A DNA stretch of 64,000 bases from Paracoccaceae bacterium. Its GTDB lineage: Bacteria; Pseudomonadota; Alphaproteobacteria; Rhodobacterales; Rhodobacteraceae. The position numbers were made by a program, and so were the translations under genes. The DNA lies in contig JANNPZ010000023.1 in assembly GCA_031400505.1 (NCBI GenBank), positions 4,277 to 68,276 on the forward strand, given 5' to 3'. Below the pieces are notes generated by a model. It worked only from the letters and a program-made list of their open reading frames with translations. It had not been told where the DNA came from and did not search any database. Every line of letters begins with the position of its first letter. Within the stretch, counting starts at the first letter, position 1. This document shows, one piece after another, positions 10,161 through 21,459 of this stretch.

Positions 10161-10299
10161 CTGATCTCTCCTGTGGAACGTCATCATGGCGCTGCTCGGT
10201 TGGGCTGGCAACCCCGGCATAAAACGACACGCGCTGTCGCGTGCGTCACAGACCGCAGGCCGAAAAACGCCGCACCTTGCCGCATAGCGGAAAGTAGCC

Positions 10300-11514
10300 A
10301 TGGCCCTGCACCACCCCCCTGAAAACCTGAGTTATTTGCCCAGTCCGGGCGTCCGCAGTTTTGCGATGCTCGCGGGGTTGGACGCTGCGGTGCGTGGAAC
10401 CCTGATTTCCGCAATGCCACTGGTGGTTTATGACGCGATGGGCAGTGCCGCGATCACTTCGCAGGCCTATTTCGCCGCCGGATTTGTCGCCTTGGCCTGG
10501 GGCCTGCTGGTGCCTTGGGCTACAGGGCGCATTCCGCGCCGCTGGATGTATTCGATTGGCTGCATGTTGTATCTGACAGGGATGGCGCTGGCGGTTTATG
10601 GCACGCAGACCACGGTACTTTTGTCGGTGATGTGCAACGCGATGGCCGCAGTCACATTGTTCATCTGCCTGAACGCCTATGTGATGGACTATGTCGCCCG
10701 GGCCGATCTGGGGCGAAGCCAGTCTACCCAGATGTTCTATGCGGCAGCGTCCTGGGCGGGGGGGCCTTTGCTGGGGGTCTGGCTTTACGATCTTTGGGCG
10801 CCGGCGCCCTTTCTGCTGGCGGGGGGATTTGCTGCGGTCCTGCTTGGCGTTTTCTGGTGGCTCAGGCTTGGCAATGGCAAGGCTATTGCGCGGGCGAGCG
10901 GGGGGACGTTGAATCCCCTGGCCTATCTGGGGCGGTTCGCGGCACAGCCCCGGTTGATTGCGGGCTGGATCTTTGCGGTGATGCGCAGCTGCGGCTGGTG
11001 GGTTTATGTGGTCTATCTGCCGATTTTCTGCGTCGAGGCGGGTCTGGGCAAGCATCTGGGCGGGGCGGCGCTGTCGGTGACGAACCTTTTGTTGTTCGCG
11101 GCTCCGTTCATGCTGCGCTATGTCGGGCGCAATTCGGTGCGCTTGTCGGTGCGGTTGGGGTTTGGTCTGGCGGCGGGGCTGTTCTTTGGGGCTGCGCTGG
11201 CCTCTCCCCTGCCATGGGTCACGGTCGGATTCTGCATGGCGGCTTCGGTGTTTCTGGTGCTGCTCGATGTGGTTGGCGGCTTGCCGTTTCTGATGGCTGT
11301 GAAGCCGTCGGAACGCACAGAGATGTCGGCGGTCTATTCAAGCTTTCGCGATGTGTCGGGCATCTTGACACCCGGAGCGGCGTATCTGGTGTTGCTGGTG
11401 GCCCCGCTGCCGGGCATCTTTGCCGCCGCCGGCCTGGGTTTGGGTGCGGCATGGCTGATTTCGGGTCGGTTGCACCCACGCCTGGGGCGGTCGAGATTAG
11501 CCAGGCATAGCTAG
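10300..11514 (+). CDS. MFS transporter
   Basis: 404-aa protein with about 12 predicted TM segments. Confidence 0.8.
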   Translation: MALHHPPENLSYLPSPGVRSFAMLAGLDAAVRGTLISAMPLVVYDAMGSAAITSQAYFAAGFVALAWGLLVPWATGRIPRRWMYSIGCMLYLTGMALAVYGTQTTVLLSVMCNAMAAVTLFICLNAYVMDYVARADLGRSQSTQMFYAAASWAGGPLLGVWLYDLWAPAPFLLAGGFAAVLLGVFWWLRLGNGKAIARASGGTLNPLAYLGRFAAQPRLIAGWIFAVMRSCGWWVYVVYLPIFCVEAGLGKHLGGAALSVTNLLLFAAPFMLRYVGRNSVRLSVRLGFGLAAGLFFGAALASPLPWVTVGFCMAASVFLVLLDVVGGLPFLMAVKPSERTEMSAVYSSFRDVSGILTPGAAYLVLLVAPLPGIFAAAGLGLGAAWLISGRLHPRLGRSRLARHS

Positions 11515-11520
11515 AGTCGC

Positions 11521-12624
11521 CTAGAATGCTTCGGGAGGGCGTTGCAGGACCCAAGCCTCGAACAGTGGATCTGCGAGCCGCCATTCCCGCTCGAACTGAT
11601 CGGCATGGCCCTGTCGCCGCAACAGCCGGATGGCGGACTGGCGCACAGATGGCGCGGGCGCATGTCCGATGAGTTTGGTCAGCCGCGCCTCGACGGCGCT
11701 GCCGAACAGACCCTGCGCCCGTTCGGCCAGTAACCGCGCCATGGCCCGGTGTTCTACGCCAAACCCCAGCCAGGCCCCGTCAAAATCCAGTTGCGCCGCC
11801 AGATCGCGCAGCACCTGTGCCTCGGCATCCTGATCCGTCAAGGCCGGGTTCGTTCCCATCGCAGTCAGCCAGTGTTGAAACAGAAACGGATTGGACTTGA
11901 ACCGGGCAAAGGCATGCAACGCGGATTCGCGGGGAAGTTTGCGCCGGTAGGTGGCCCGAAAGGCGGCGCGTTGATGATCGACAAACTCGTCGCCCAAAGG
12001 CGGCAGGGTCAGCGGCGTGGCGAAACGGTAGAAGGGGGCGGCCCGTGCCGAGAAGACCTTGTTCAGGCCGAGTTGCGATGACCCGGTAAAGACTGTCCGC
12101 ACTCCGTCCCGTCGTTTGTCCAGCCCGGTGCGCAAGGCCGCCATCACGGTTTGGCCCTGCGCGTGGTTTGCCAGTTCCTGCACCTCGTCCAAAAGCAGAA
12201 GGGTGGGTTTTGCGGGGTTCGACAGGCGTTCAAGATACTGATCCAGCGCCAGGACCTGATCGTCGGACGCGGTCTTTGCCCGGGCCGAGAAATCCACCTC
12301 GATGATCGCCTTGCCCAAGCCCAGCTTGGCTTTCACAGGCAGGTTGGCGACCCAGGCCGCCAATCCCGCCTTGACCTGCAAGGCCCTGTCACATTCGTAA
12401 AGAAGCACCGCAAGGGGCGCGCTCGGGTTTTGCCAGAACGACGCGTAAACAACTCGGTGCCCCGCGCGTTCGGCAACCTCGGCCAAGTCACGGCGTAGAA
12501 ATTCGGTCTTGCCGGTGCGCCGCGCCCCGAACAGACTTTGCGCAACGATCGGGCCGCGCGTCAGGCCCGTCAACGTGGCACGCGCGAAGTCAGCCCTTGG
12601 AAAGTGCCAGATATCTGTTGTCAT
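11521..12624 (-). CDS. orphan P-loop ATPase (Arch_ATPase/STAND-like)
   Basis: Walker A GARRTGKT and Walker B LLLLDEVQ, followed by a long helical C-terminal region. ATG at 12624 is preferred over the listed TTG at 12642. Confidence 0.7.
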   Translation of the reverse strand: MTTDIWHFPRADFARATLTGLTRGPIVAQSLFGARRTGKTEFLRRDLAEVAERAGHRVVYASFWQNPSAPLAVLLYECDRALQVKAGLAAWVANLPVKAKLGLGKAIIEVDFSARAKTASDDQVLALDQYLERLSNPAKPTLLLLDEVQELANHAQGQTVMAALRTGLDKRRDGVRTVFTGSSQLGLNKVFSARAAPFYRFATPLTLPPLGDEFVDHQRAAFRATYRRKLPRESALHAFARFKSNPFLFQHWLTAMGTNPALTDQDAEAQVLRDLAAQLDFDGAWLGFGVEHRAMARLLAERAQGLFGSAVEARLTKLIGHAPAPSVRQSAIRLLRRQGHADQFEREWRLADPLFEAWVLQRPPEAF

Positions 12625-12644
12625 CAGCCATGAATAGCGCAACC

Positions 12645-12658
12645 TGCCTAATTAGGCA
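12645..12658. promoter_or_regulatory. perfect 14-bp palindrome TGCCTAATTAGGCA (candidate operator)
   Basis: Read directly. Sits in an AT-rich 50-nt spacer between the acyl-CoA dehydrogenase stop and the ATPase start. Confidence 0.35.
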
Positions 12659-12675
12659 ATTACAGCTAATTGCGG

Positions 12676-14340
12676 CTAATCCAGCAAACGCCTTGCGATG
12701 ACCTGCGCCTGGATCTCGGCAGCTCCTTCGAAGATGTTCAGGATGCGGGCGTCACACAGGATGCGGGAAATCTGATATTCCAGCGCAAAGCCGTTGCCGC
12801 CGTGGATCTGCAACGCATTGTCGGCGCAGGACCACGCCACCCGCGCCCCCAGCAGCTTGGCCATGCCGGCCTCAAGGTCACAGCGCTTGTCGTTGTCTTT
12901 CTGCCAGGCGCTGAAATAGGTCAGCTGACGCGCCACCATGATCTCGACCGCCATCATCGCCAGCTTGCCCGCCACGCGCGGGAACGAAATCAACGACTTG
13001 CCGAACTGCTTGCGGTCGATGGCATATTGCATGCCAACCTCAAGCGCGCTCTGCGCCACACCCACGGCACGCGCCGCTGTCTGGATGCGGGCGCTCTCGA
13101 AGGTCTGCATCAACTGCTTGAACCCTTGCCCGGTGACGCCGCCCAAAAGGTTTTCACCCTTGACCGCAAAGCCATCGAACGCCAGTTCATATTCCTTCAT
13201 GCCGCGATAGCCCAGCACCGCGATCTCGCCACCGGTCATGCCGGGGGTAGGAAAAGGCACGGCATCGGTGCCGGGTGTCTTTTCGGCCAGAAACATCGAC
13301 AGACCCTTGTAGTCGCTGGTCGCAGGGTCCGTCCGCGCCAGCAGGGTCATCACATGCGTGCGGGCGGCATGGGTGATCCAGGTCTTGTTGCCGGTGATTT
13401 CCCAGTCATCGCCAACCTGAAGCGCCCGGGTGCGCAGGGACCCAAGGTCGGACCCGGTGTTTGGTTCGGTAAACACGGCTGTCGGCAAGGTCTCGCCCGA
13501 AGCAAGACGCGGAAGCCACTTGGCCTTCTGCTCGGGCGTGCCACCGCACAGGATCAATTCGGCCGCAATCTCGGTTCGCGTCGCAAGGGAGCCGACGCCG
13601 ATATAGCCGCGCGACAATTCCTCGGACACCACGACCATCGAGGCTTTGGATAGGCCAAGGCCGCCGAATTTCTCTGGAATCGTCAGGCCGAACACGCCCA
13701 TGTCGGCCAGCGCGTCGAGGACCTCCATCGGGATCAATTCGTCGCGCAGATGCCAGCCATGCGCATGCGGGATCACCTTTTCATCGGCAAAGCGGCGGAA
13801 CTGGTCGCGGATCATCTCCAACTCGGCGTCCAGACCGGTCGCCCCGAACGTTGCACGCCCGTGGTTGTCCTGCATCAGCGTCACCAGCCGGTCGCGTACC
13901 GCCGCAGTGTTGCCCTTTGCGATCATCAACTGCGCGGCTGGCCCTGGAGCCCAGGACACGCATAGGTCGCAAAGCCGCGTGACCTCGCCCTGGCTCATCG
14001 CGATACCGCCCGCGATCTGGGCCAGATATTCGCCAAACGCGATCTGCAGCAGCAGCGCTTCGATTTCGCCGAAGCCGCCGTCGGCCTGCAGCCGGTCAGC
14101 CCACGCCTGCATCTGGCGCAGGGATTCGGTGTAAGTCGCCAGCCAAGCCAGTGCATGTGCCCGGAACTGGTGAATTTCCAGTGCTGGCGCCTGAACTTTG
14201 CCGCCCGATGTCACCTCGGCTCGCAATCCTTCGCGCGCGGCGACGAACAACGCCTCAATTTCGGGCAGCGTCTGAGCCGTCAACCGAGTAAGATCGGAGA
14301 GCACAACGGCTTCGGTCCGTATTTGTCCATCATGCGCCAT
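12676..14340 (-). CDS. acyl-CoA dehydrogenase family protein with N-terminal extension
   Basis: 554 aa. The core has ACAD hallmarks (TEPNTGSDLGSL, GGNGFALEY), preceded by an extra domain of about 160 aa. Confidence 0.9.
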   Translation of the reverse strand: MAHDGQIRTEAVVLSDLTRLTAQTLPEIEALFVAAREGLRAEVTSGGKVQAPALEIHQFRAHALAWLATYTESLRQMQAWADRLQADGGFGEIEALLLQIAFGEYLAQIAGGIAMSQGEVTRLCDLCVSWAPGPAAQLMIAKGNTAAVRDRLVTLMQDNHGRATFGATGLDAELEMIRDQFRRFADEKVIPHAHGWHLRDELIPMEVLDALADMGVFGLTIPEKFGGLGLSKASMVVVSEELSRGYIGVGSLATRTEIAAELILCGGTPEQKAKWLPRLASGETLPTAVFTEPNTGSDLGSLRTRALQVGDDWEITGNKTWITHAARTHVMTLLARTDPATSDYKGLSMFLAEKTPGTDAVPFPTPGMTGGEIAVLGYRGMKEYELAFDGFAVKGENLLGGVTGQGFKQLMQTFESARIQTAARAVGVAQSALEVGMQYAIDRKQFGKSLISFPRVAGKLAMMAVEIMVARQLTYFSAWQKDNDKRCDLEAGMAKLLGARVAWSCADNALQIHGGNGFALEYQISRILCDARILNIFEGAAEIQAQVIARRLLD

Positions 14341-14485
14341 CGGAAACCCCCTTTATTGCGGCTTTCGAGATACCGTCTTCGCAGTTGCAGCGCAACATAA
14401 TTTCGTCCGCGCATGCCGGGTCGACCAAAAATGTCGCAGGCAATTTTCAGATGCGCTGTCTGCGCAAGCCGGTTACATCCGATGT

Positions 14486-15253
14486 ATGGTTTTGCCCGAT
14501 GATATCTCGCACGCGGCTTTGCTGGCTGCCGTTGTCATCACATGCTTTGCAGGCTTTGTGAAAGGCATGGTGGGCTTTGCGATGCCGCTGATCCTCATTT
14601 CGGCCTTTTCCAGTTTCATGACAACGCAGGACGCACTGGCCGGGTTGATCCTGCCCACCCTGATCACCAACATCTACCAGGCGTTCCGTCAAGGCGTGCC
14701 TGCCGCTGCGGCATCAGCCCGACGCTATTGGCGATTTGTCTTGGCGACTGTGGTCCTGCTGATTGTATCTGCGCAGTTTGCAGGGGTCATCCCGCGCAAT
14801 GCATTTCTTGTGTTGCTTGGCGTGCCGGTGACTGCTTTCGCGGCTTTGCAACTGATGGGTTGCAATCTGGCGCTGCAACTTGCGCATCGAACGCGGGCCG
14901 AGTGGGTGCTTGGCATTGTTGGCGGGCTTTATGGCGGTGTTGCAGGCGTCTGGGGGCCGCCATTGATGGTGTACTTGCTGTCGGTAGGAGCCAGCAAAGT
15001 GGAAACGATCCGCGTTCAGGGCGTGGTGTTTTTGCTGGGGGCGGTGGTTTTGCTTGGCGCACATCTTCAGACCGGCCTTTTGACGGCACCGCGCTTGTGG
15101 TTTTCGGCGATGCTTGTGGTTCCGGCGGTTCTTGGACAAATCCTTGGTCTGCAACTGCAAGACCGTCTGGACCAGGCGCGTTTTCGGCAGTGGACGCAAA
15201 TCCTGCTTGTGCTGAGCGGCCTCAATCTGGTCCGGCAGGCTGTCTGGGGGTAG
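14486..15253 (+). CDS. TauE/SafE (DUF81) family permease, second paralogue
   Basis: 255-aa polytopic protein with FVKGMVGFAMPLILI and GGLYGGVAGVWGPPLMVYLL. Confidence 0.8.
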   Translation: MVLPDDISHAALLAAVVITCFAGFVKGMVGFAMPLILISAFSSFMTTQDALAGLILPTLITNIYQAFRQGVPAAAASARRYWRFVLATVVLLIVSAQFAGVIPRNAFLVLLGVPVTAFAALQLMGCNLALQLAHRTRAEWVLGIVGGLYGGVAGVWGPPLMVYLLSVGASKVETIRVQGVVFLLGAVVLLGAHLQTGLLTAPRLWFSAMLVVPAVLGQILGLQLQDRLDQARFRQWTQILLVLSGLNLVRQAVWG

Positions 15254-15353
15254 CCGCGCCGTCCCATCTTCCCCAATGCTTCCCGGCCCAAGGCTGCCGG
15301 GCCAACCCGTTTGCGCATCTTTCATGCGGTGTCGCGCGCCGGAACGCCCAGTT

Positions 15354-16952
15354 TTACCCGATCGCGGCCGCCCGTATGTCCGCATCGATGAATGGCAGGT
15401 ACTGCTCGAAGTTGCTGGCAAACAACCCCACCAGCTTGGCTGCCTGCACACCATAGGCCGCGCTATCTGCCCAGGTACTGCGCGGGTCGAGCAAAGCCGG
15501 ATCAACGCCCGCAACCGCCACAGGCACGTCGAACCCGAAATTCGGATCGCGCCGGAACGAACCGCTTGACAGCGACCCATCAAGCGCTGCCTGCAACAAG
15601 GCCCGCGTCGCCTTGATCGGCATCCGCTGCCCAGTGCCATACGCGCCGCCGGTCCAACCGGTATTGACGAGCCAGCACGTGGCACCGTGATTGGCAATCT
15701 TGGCTTGCAACAGCTTGCCGTAAACCTCGGGACGGCGCGGCATGAAAGGAGCGCCAAAGCAGGTCGAGAAGGTCGGCGTAGGTTCTGTCACGCCTCGTTC
15801 CGTTCCGGCAACCTTCGACGTGAATCCCGACAGGAAATGATACATTGCCTGCGCCGGAGACAAGCGCGCGATCGGCGGCAGCACTCCGAACGCATCGCAA
15901 GTCAGCATGACGACGTGACGCGGATGCCCGCCCAGACCGGTTGCCGAAGCGTTGGGGATGTAGTCGAGCGGATATGCACAGCGCGTGTTGGCCGTCAGGC
16001 TGGCATCGTCGAAGTCGATCTCTAGCGTTTCGGGGTCATAGACCATGTTTTCCACCACCGTGCCAAAACGGTGCGTGGTGGCAAAAATATCCGGTTCTGC
16101 CAAAGAGTTGAGATTAATCGTTTTGGCATAGCAACCGCCTTCGAAGTTGAAGGTCCCGCGATCCGACCAGCCATGCTCGTCGTCACCGATCAACGTGCGG
16201 TCGGGCGACGCCGAAAGAGTGGTCTTTCCGGTGCCTGACAGGCCGAAGAAAACGGCCGCATCGACCGGGTTGCCAATTGCATGATTGGCAGAGCAATGCA
16301 TCGGCATCACGCCCTTTTCGGGCAGCAGGTAATTCAGCAGGGTGAACACGGATTTCTTGTTTTCCCCTGCATAAGCCGTGTTGGCGATCAGGATCAGTTT
16401 CGCATCGAAGTTCATCGCAATGACTGTCGTCGTCCGGCAGCCGTGCCGGGCGGGATCAGCCTGAAAGGTGGGACAGTTGATGACCGTCCATTGCGGCACA
16501 AAGTGATCGAGTTCTGCCGGTTCGGGTCTGCGCATCAGATGCCGGATGAAAAGCCCGTGCCATGCCAACTCTGTCACCATCCGCACATCAAGGCGATGAA
16601 CCGGATCGGCACCGGCGTACAGGTCTTGCACAAAGTAATCCCGGCCTTGCATGTGGCTTAGCATGTCCGCGTAAAGTCGGTCGAACGCCGCCGCGTCCAT
16701 GGCTGCATTGTTTTCCCACCAGATTGAGTTTTCGACGGAACCGGTCCGGACAACGAATTTGTCTTTTGGCGACCGTCCGGTGAATTGCCCGGTTGTGCAC
16801 AAGAACGCACCACCGTTGCCCAGACGTCCTTCGCCGCGCGCCACCGCTTCCGAGACCAAATTCGGTTCGGTCTGATTGTAGTAGACCGCGCCAAGGCCCG
16901 AAATGCCCTGATGGTCCAGATTGTATGACGGGTTCACGCGACCATTGGTCAT
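15354..16952 (-). CDS. pckA: phosphoenolpyruvate carboxykinase (ATP)
   Basis: 532 aa with [13 protein letters not shown], the kinase-1a motif of ATP-dependent PEPCK. Similar to PckA along its full length. Confidence 0.95.
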   Translation of the reverse strand: MTNGRVNPSYNLDHQGISGLGAVYYNQTEPNLVSEAVARGEGRLGNGGAFLCTTGQFTGRSPKDKFVVRTGSVENSIWWENNAAMDAAAFDRLYADMLSHMQGRDYFVQDLYAGADPVHRLDVRMVTELAWHGLFIRHLMRRPEPAELDHFVPQWTVINCPTFQADPARHGCRTTTVIAMNFDAKLILIANTAYAGENKKSVFTLLNYLLPEKGVMPMHCSANHAIGNPVDAAVFFGLSGTGKTTLSASPDRTLIGDDEHGWSDRGTFNFEGGCYAKTINLNSLAEPDIFATTHRFGTVVENMVYDPETLEIDFDDASLTANTRCAYPLDYIPNASATGLGGHPRHVVMLTCDAFGVLPPIARLSPAQAMYHFLSGFTSKVAGTERGVTEPTPTFSTCFGAPFMPRRPEVYGKLLQAKIANHGATCWLVNTGWTGGAYGTGQRMPIKATRALLQAALDGSLSSGSFRRDPNFGFDVPVAVAGVDPALLDPRSTWADSAAYGVQAAKLVGLFASNFEQYLPFIDADIRAAAIG

Positions 16953-17107
16953 TTTGCAAGTTCCTCAAAATCACTTACGTGATGGCCGGCTGCGCTTTAT
17001 TGCGCTTGGCGCGCCAAACAGCGCACTTTCCGGACGGATCGGGCCAACGAACGCCACGGACCGACTATAACACGCGGTTTTCAAAGGGGAATAGCAGCGC
17101 CGCCGCA

Positions 17108-17137
17108 GTTAGCGCAACCATTTGCAGGTTAGCGCAA
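17108..17137. promoter_or_regulatory. two direct GTTAGCGCAA decamers 20 bp apart in the pckA/chvI divergent intergenic region
   Basis: GTTAGCGCAA at 17108-17117 and 17128-17137. Followed by the inverted repeat ATCAAT-N4-ATTGAT at about 17137-17152. Confidence 0.3.
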
Positions 17138-17309
17138 TCAATCGACATTGATCGCAGTACTGCGGCAAATTAGTCATTCTTTGATGAATTTCGGATCGTA
17201 TGATTCGAACGCTTGGCGCGTTTCGCACATTCCAGTTGATTCTGAAGGCCAGACAACCGAATGTATCAAGAAAATCAGGCAAAGCCGAGCAGCATAAGGA
17301 AACCATACC

Positions 17310-18011
17310 ATGGCAAGGATCGCCCTTGTGGACGATGACAGGAACATCCTGACGTCAGTTTCGATGACACTGGAGGCCGAAGGGTTCGAGGTAGAGACGT
17401 TCAACGACGGACAGTCCGCGCTCGATGCCTTTAGCCGCCGCATGCCGGACATGGCCGTGTTGGACATAAAGATGCCCCGGATGGATGGTATGGACCTTTT
17501 GCAAAGGTTGCGCCTGAAATCCACCATGCCGGTGATCTTCCTGACTTCAAAAGATGATGAGATCGACGAAGTTCTGGGGCTGCGCATGGGCGCGGACGAC
17601 TACGTGAAAAAGCCTTTCAGCCAGCGCTTGCTGGTTGAACGCATTCGCACGTTGCTGCGCCGTCAAGATGCAATCGCAACTGGCGAAGTGGCCGTCACCG
17701 AAGAAACCAAGATCATGGAGCGTGGCCAGCTGCGGATGGATCCGCTGCGCCATTCGGTGTCTTGGAAGGGGTTGGATGTCTCGCTGACGGTGACCGAATT
17801 CATGCTGCTTCAGGCGCTTGCCCAACGCCCCGGCTTCGTGAAGTCGCGCGATCAATTGATGGACGTGGCATATGACGATCAAGTCTACGTCGATGATCGG
17901 ACGATCGACAGCCACATCAAGCGTCTTCGCAAGAAGATGCGATCGGTCGACGATGATTTTTCGGCCATCGAAACGCTGTATGGAATTGGCTATCGCTATA
18001 ACGAGGAATGA
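17310..18011 (+). CDS. chvI: OmpR-family response regulator ChvI
   Basis: Receiver domain plus winged helix. Conserved alphaproteobacterial context pckA / chvI-chvG-hprK. Confidence 0.9.
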   Translation: MARIALVDDDRNILTSVSMTLEAEGFEVETFNDGQSALDAFSRRMPDMAVLDIKMPRMDGMDLLQRLRLKSTMPVIFLTSKDDEIDEVLGLRMGADDYVKKPFSQRLLVERIRTLLRRQDAIATGEVAVTEETKIMERGQLRMDPLRHSVSWKGLDVSLTVTEFMLLQALAQRPGFVKSRDQLMDVAYDDQVYVDDRTIDSHIKRLRKKMRSVDDDFSAIETLYGIGYRYNEE

Positions 18012-19711
18012 CAGCTCTGCCTCGCCCTTCGATGACTGACAGCCGCCCGAAAGGCGGAGACCTGCTTTTGGGCGAGGACTGGGTTTCCCCCGATATCGTC
18101 GCAGAGACCGGTCTGCAAGAAGGTCGTCGCCCGCGCGGCGTGCTGGCACTGAACAGCTCGCCCTTGGCGCGCAAGATCATCATTTTCAACTTGATGGCTC
18201 TGGTCGTCCTGGTGGCTGGTGTGCTGTTCATGAACCCGTTCCGCGACAGCTTGGTGCTACAGCGCGAACAGGGACTGGTGACGGAAGCCGAACTGATTGC
18301 CGATGTGTTCGAAGCGAGCCTGGCAGCGGGCGGCCCGCTGACCCCCGAGTTCACGCAGAAAATGCCCCAGCAACTTGCCAACATAAAGATCGCGCCTGGC
18401 GTCGAAGTCTTTGTGTTCGATACGTTCGGCGAACTGCTGGAGTCGGGCGTCGGATCGGCGCAGGCGGAAACAGCGGCCGGCAAACGATCAACCATAATCA
18501 CCGATTTTCTGAATGGAATTTGGGATTTCATCTCGAACATTCTGTCCTCCTCGCGGCAAGGGGCCGACAAGGTCGACGGACAAGATCGCGCGCGAAGCCT
18601 ATTTGCCGAAGCCCGAGCCGGACAAACCGCGGTCAACACGGGGCAAGGGGCGGAAGGGGGCACGCAGTTTGCAGTCGCTACACCCGTCTTGCTGGCCGGT
18701 GAAGTGCTGGCGGTCGTCGCCTTGACCTCAGCCGAAGGCGAGATAGACCGGCTGGTCCGCTATGAACGTGAACAGATCCTGCAGATGTTCGTGATTGCCT
18801 TGCTGGTGTCGATTGGCCTCAGCCTTGTGTTGGCTTCGACTATCGCCAACCCGTTGTCCGATCTGGCAGCCGCAGCGGAATTGGGCCGCGACCGTGACGC
18901 CCGCAAGATGGCGCCGGGACGCGTGCGTATTCCGGATCTGGCTGCCCGACCGGATGAGATCGGGCGGCTTTCCGTTGCGATGCGCGGCATGGTTGCTGCA
19001 CTTTATGACCGGATTGATGCGAACGAACAGTTTGCAGCCGATGTGTCGCATGAAATCAAGAATCCGCTGGCCAGCCTGCGATCTGCGGTCGGCACGCTTC
19101 GCATGGCCAAACGCGAGGATCACCGTACCAAATTGCTGGATGTTATCGAGCATGACGTCCGCAGACTGGATCGACTGGTCTCAGACATCTCGAACGCGTC
19201 GCGATTGGACAGTGAATTGGTCAAGGAAGAAGAAGAAGAATTCAGCCTGTCTAAGACGCTGGTGAACCTGACCGAATATCTGTCTGCGCAAGCCCGCGAA
19301 AAGGGCGTCGAGTTCATCACGGATTTTCCGCCCGATGCGATCATCGTCCGCGGACTTGAAGCCCGGTTGGCGCAGGTGTTTGTCAACCTGATCACAAACG
19401 CTGTGTCATTTTGCGACGAAGGTGATGCCGTTCGCGTTTGGGCGCGCAAACGCGAGAACCGGATTCTGGTTGTGGTCGAGGACACTGGTCCGGGAATTCC
19501 GGAGCAAGCGCTGGAGAAAGTGTTCGAGCGTTTTTACTCCGAACGCCCTCAGGGTGATTTCGGCAACCATTCCGGATTGGGGCTGGCGATTTCCAAGCAG
19601 ATCATCGAGGCGCATGGCGGGGTGATCTGGGCAGAGAACATTCGACCGACGAACGCCGACGTGACATCAGAGCCTTTGGGCGCGCGGTTTGTGGTGGGTT
19701 TGCCGGTGTGA
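18008..19711 (+). CDS. chvG: sensor histidine kinase ChvG/ExoS
   Basis: TM, periplasmic domain, TM, HAMP, H-box SHEIKNPL and an ATPase domain. 4-nt overlap with chvI. Confidence 0.85.
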   Translation: MTALPRPSMTDSRPKGGDLLLGEDWVSPDIVAETGLQEGRRPRGVLALNSSPLARKIIIFNLMALVVLVAGVLFMNPFRDSLVLQREQGLVTEAELIADVFEASLAAGGPLTPEFTQKMPQQLANIKIAPGVEVFVFDTFGELLESGVGSAQAETAAGKRSTIITDFLNGIWDFISNILSSSRQGADKVDGQDRARSLFAEARAGQTAVNTGQGAEGGTQFAVATPVLLAGEVLAVVALTSAEGEIDRLVRYEREQILQMFVIALLVSIGLSLVLASTIANPLSDLAAAAELGRDRDARKMAPGRVRIPDLAARPDEIGRLSVAMRGMVAALYDRIDANEQFAADVSHEIKNPLASLRSAVGTLRMAKREDHRTKLLDVIEHDVRRLDRLVSDISNASRLDSELVKEEEEEFSLSKTLVNLTEYLSAQAREKGVEFITDFPPDAIIVRGLEARLAQVFVNLITNAVSFCDEGDAVRVWARKRENRILVVVEDTGPGIPEQALEKVFERFYSERPQGDFGNHSGLGLAISKQIIEAHGGVIWAENIRPTNADVTSEPLGARFVVGLPV

Positions 19712-20127
19712 CAACCGCGATCCTGCACGCAAGTTGCGTCGCGGTCGATCAACGCGGAGTGGTGATCCTTGGGCCCTCCGGATCGGGCAAGTCAGGGCTG
19801 GCACTGTCTCTGATCGCTTTGGGTGCCGTTCTTGTGGCAGACGACCAAACAGAAATTTTCCTGCGCGACGGTGTGGTGACGGCACGGTGCCCCACCCCGT
19901 TGCGCGGTATGATCGAGGCGCGCGGGGTCGGTATTCTGCAGGCCCCCGTGCTGGCAGAGGCGAAGGTTGCCTTGGTGATCGATCTCGGGTGCAAGGAAAC
20001 AGATCGTTTGCCGCCACGACGCAGCGTGACCTTGTTGGGCGTCGCTTGCGATCTTGTACATGCCGGGTTCACTGACCATTTTCCAGCCGCGATCCTGTGC
20101 TACGTAAGGCATGGGCGTGTGGCTTAA
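19708..20127 (+). CDS. hprK: truncated alphaproteobacterial HPr kinase/phosphorylase
   Basis: 139 aa with P-loop GPSGSGKS. Lacks the N-terminal domain, as is usual in this clade. Confidence 0.85.
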   Translation: MTTAILHASCVAVDQRGVVILGPSGSGKSGLALSLIALGAVLVADDQTEIFLRDGVVTARCPTPLRGMIEARGVGILQAPVLAEAKVALVIDLGCKETDRLPPRRSVTLLGVACDLVHAGFTDHFPAAILCYVRHGRVA

Positions 20128-21058
20128 CGGGTTGGGTGCAATGCCGGCGGTGACAGAACATTGGCCAGAGCATCGGTTGGTGCTGGTGACAGGTCCGTCG
20201 GGCGCAGGGCGCACGACGGCGATCCATGCCTTCGAGGACATGGGCTATGAAGTAATTGACAACCTGCCGCTAAGCCTCGTGCCGCATCTGACAGATGGAC
20301 CGGGGCTTGGACGCCCGATCGCGTTGGGTCTGGATGTGCGCAACCGTGATTTCGCGGCCACTGCGTTGATCGAATTGATCGACGTGCTGACCAGAAATCC
20401 GCGCGTGGCGCTTGAGGTGCTTTACCTTGATTGCTCGACTTCAGCCTTGATCCGCCGTTACTCTGAAACCCGACGTCGGCATCCGCTGGCGCCGCATGAC
20501 ACGCCGACGCGCGGCATCGACCGCGAAAATGACCTGCTTGCGCCAATCAAGGCCAGAGCGGATCATCTGATCGATACAACCGAAATGTCCCCCCGCGCAC
20601 TCAAATCCGAGATCATCCGCTGGTTCGGGCGTGGGTTGGCTGATCGGTTGGCGGTGTCCGTCCAGTCGTTCAGCTACAAACGTGGAATACCGCGCGGCAT
20701 GGACATGGTTTTTGATTGCCGTTTTCTGGCGAATCCCCATTGGACGCCAGGTTTGCGAGAGATGGATGGCCGCAATGGACAGGTGCAGGCGCATGTTCAA
20801 AACGACCCGCGATTTGACGAATTCTTCCGCAGGTTGCATGAGCTGATCCTGATGCTGCTTCCGGCACATCGTGATGAGGGGAAGGCCTATCTTTCGATCG
20901 CGTTTGGGTGTTCCGGCGGGCAACACCGGTCGGTTGCTGTTGTCGAATTGTTGGGGAAGGTCCTTGCGGAAGCGGGCTGGCCGGTGTCAAAACGTCACCG
21001 AGAGCTGGAACGCCGCAGTGCGGCACAGCCAAAAGTATCTGATGAGGAACGGGTTTGA
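20111..21058 (+). CDS. rapZ: RNase adapter protein RapZ
   Basis: [15 protein letters not shown] and the C-terminal CSGGQHRSV motif. The start could instead be MPAVTEH at 20141. Confidence 0.9.
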   Translation: MGVWLNGLGAMPAVTEHWPEHRLVLVTGPSGAGRTTAIHAFEDMGYEVIDNLPLSLVPHLTDGPGLGRPIALGLDVRNRDFAATALIELIDVLTRNPRVALEVLYLDCSTSALIRRYSETRRRHPLAPHDTPTRGIDRENDLLAPIKARADHLIDTTEMSPRALKSEIIRWFGRGLADRLAVSVQSFSYKRGIPRGMDMVFDCRFLANPHWTPGLREMDGRNGQVQAHVQNDPRFDEFFRRLHELILMLLPAHRDEGKAYLSIAFGCSGGQHRSVAVVELLGKVLAEAGWPVSKRHRELERRSAAQPKVSDEERV

Positions 21059-21453
21059 TCGGCATCGTCATTGTCGCACATGGCGGCCTCGCGCGTGAGT
21101 ATCTCGCGGCGGTCGAGCATGTGGTGGGTCCACAACAGGCGATGCGGGCGATTGCCATCGAGGACGATCACGACCGCAACAAAAAGCAGGCCGAAATTCA
21201 CGAAGCGACCGATGCCGTAGATCAGGGTAGTGGCGTGGTTGTGGTGACAGACATGTTCGGCGGGTCGCCGTCGAATCTGTCGTTGATGGCTTGCGCGGGC
21301 GGGTCAGAGCGCCGGATTGTCTATGGCGCGAACCTGCCCATGTTGATCAAGCTGGCCAAGTCGCGCGAACTTCCGCTGCCCGAAGCGGTGGCAGCCGCAT
21401 TGGATGCCGGGCGCAAATATATCAACAGTCTTGACCTTGGTTCGGGGGTTTAG
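21055..21453 (+). CDS. PTS EIIA component, mannose type
   Basis: [13 protein letters not shown], the His-containing N-terminus of EIIA-Man. TTGA overlap with rapZ. Confidence 0.85.
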   Translation: MIGIVIVAHGGLAREYLAAVEHVVGPQQAMRAIAIEDDHDRNKKQAEIHEATDAVDQGSGVVVVTDMFGGSPSNLSLMACAGGSERRIVYGANLPMLIKLAKSRELPLPEAVAAALDAGRKYINSLDLGSGV

Positions 21454-21459
21454 ACTGGA

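Noticed and set aside
14714-15757. 347-aa minus-strand ORF
   Set aside because: Antisense to the TauE paralogue and runs into the pckA 3' end. R/P/C/S-rich with no motifs.
19225-19241. (GAA)5 trinucleotide run in chvG encoding EEEEE
   Set aside because: In frame within a linker region. Too short to argue for functional slippage. Noted only as a possible length polymorphism.
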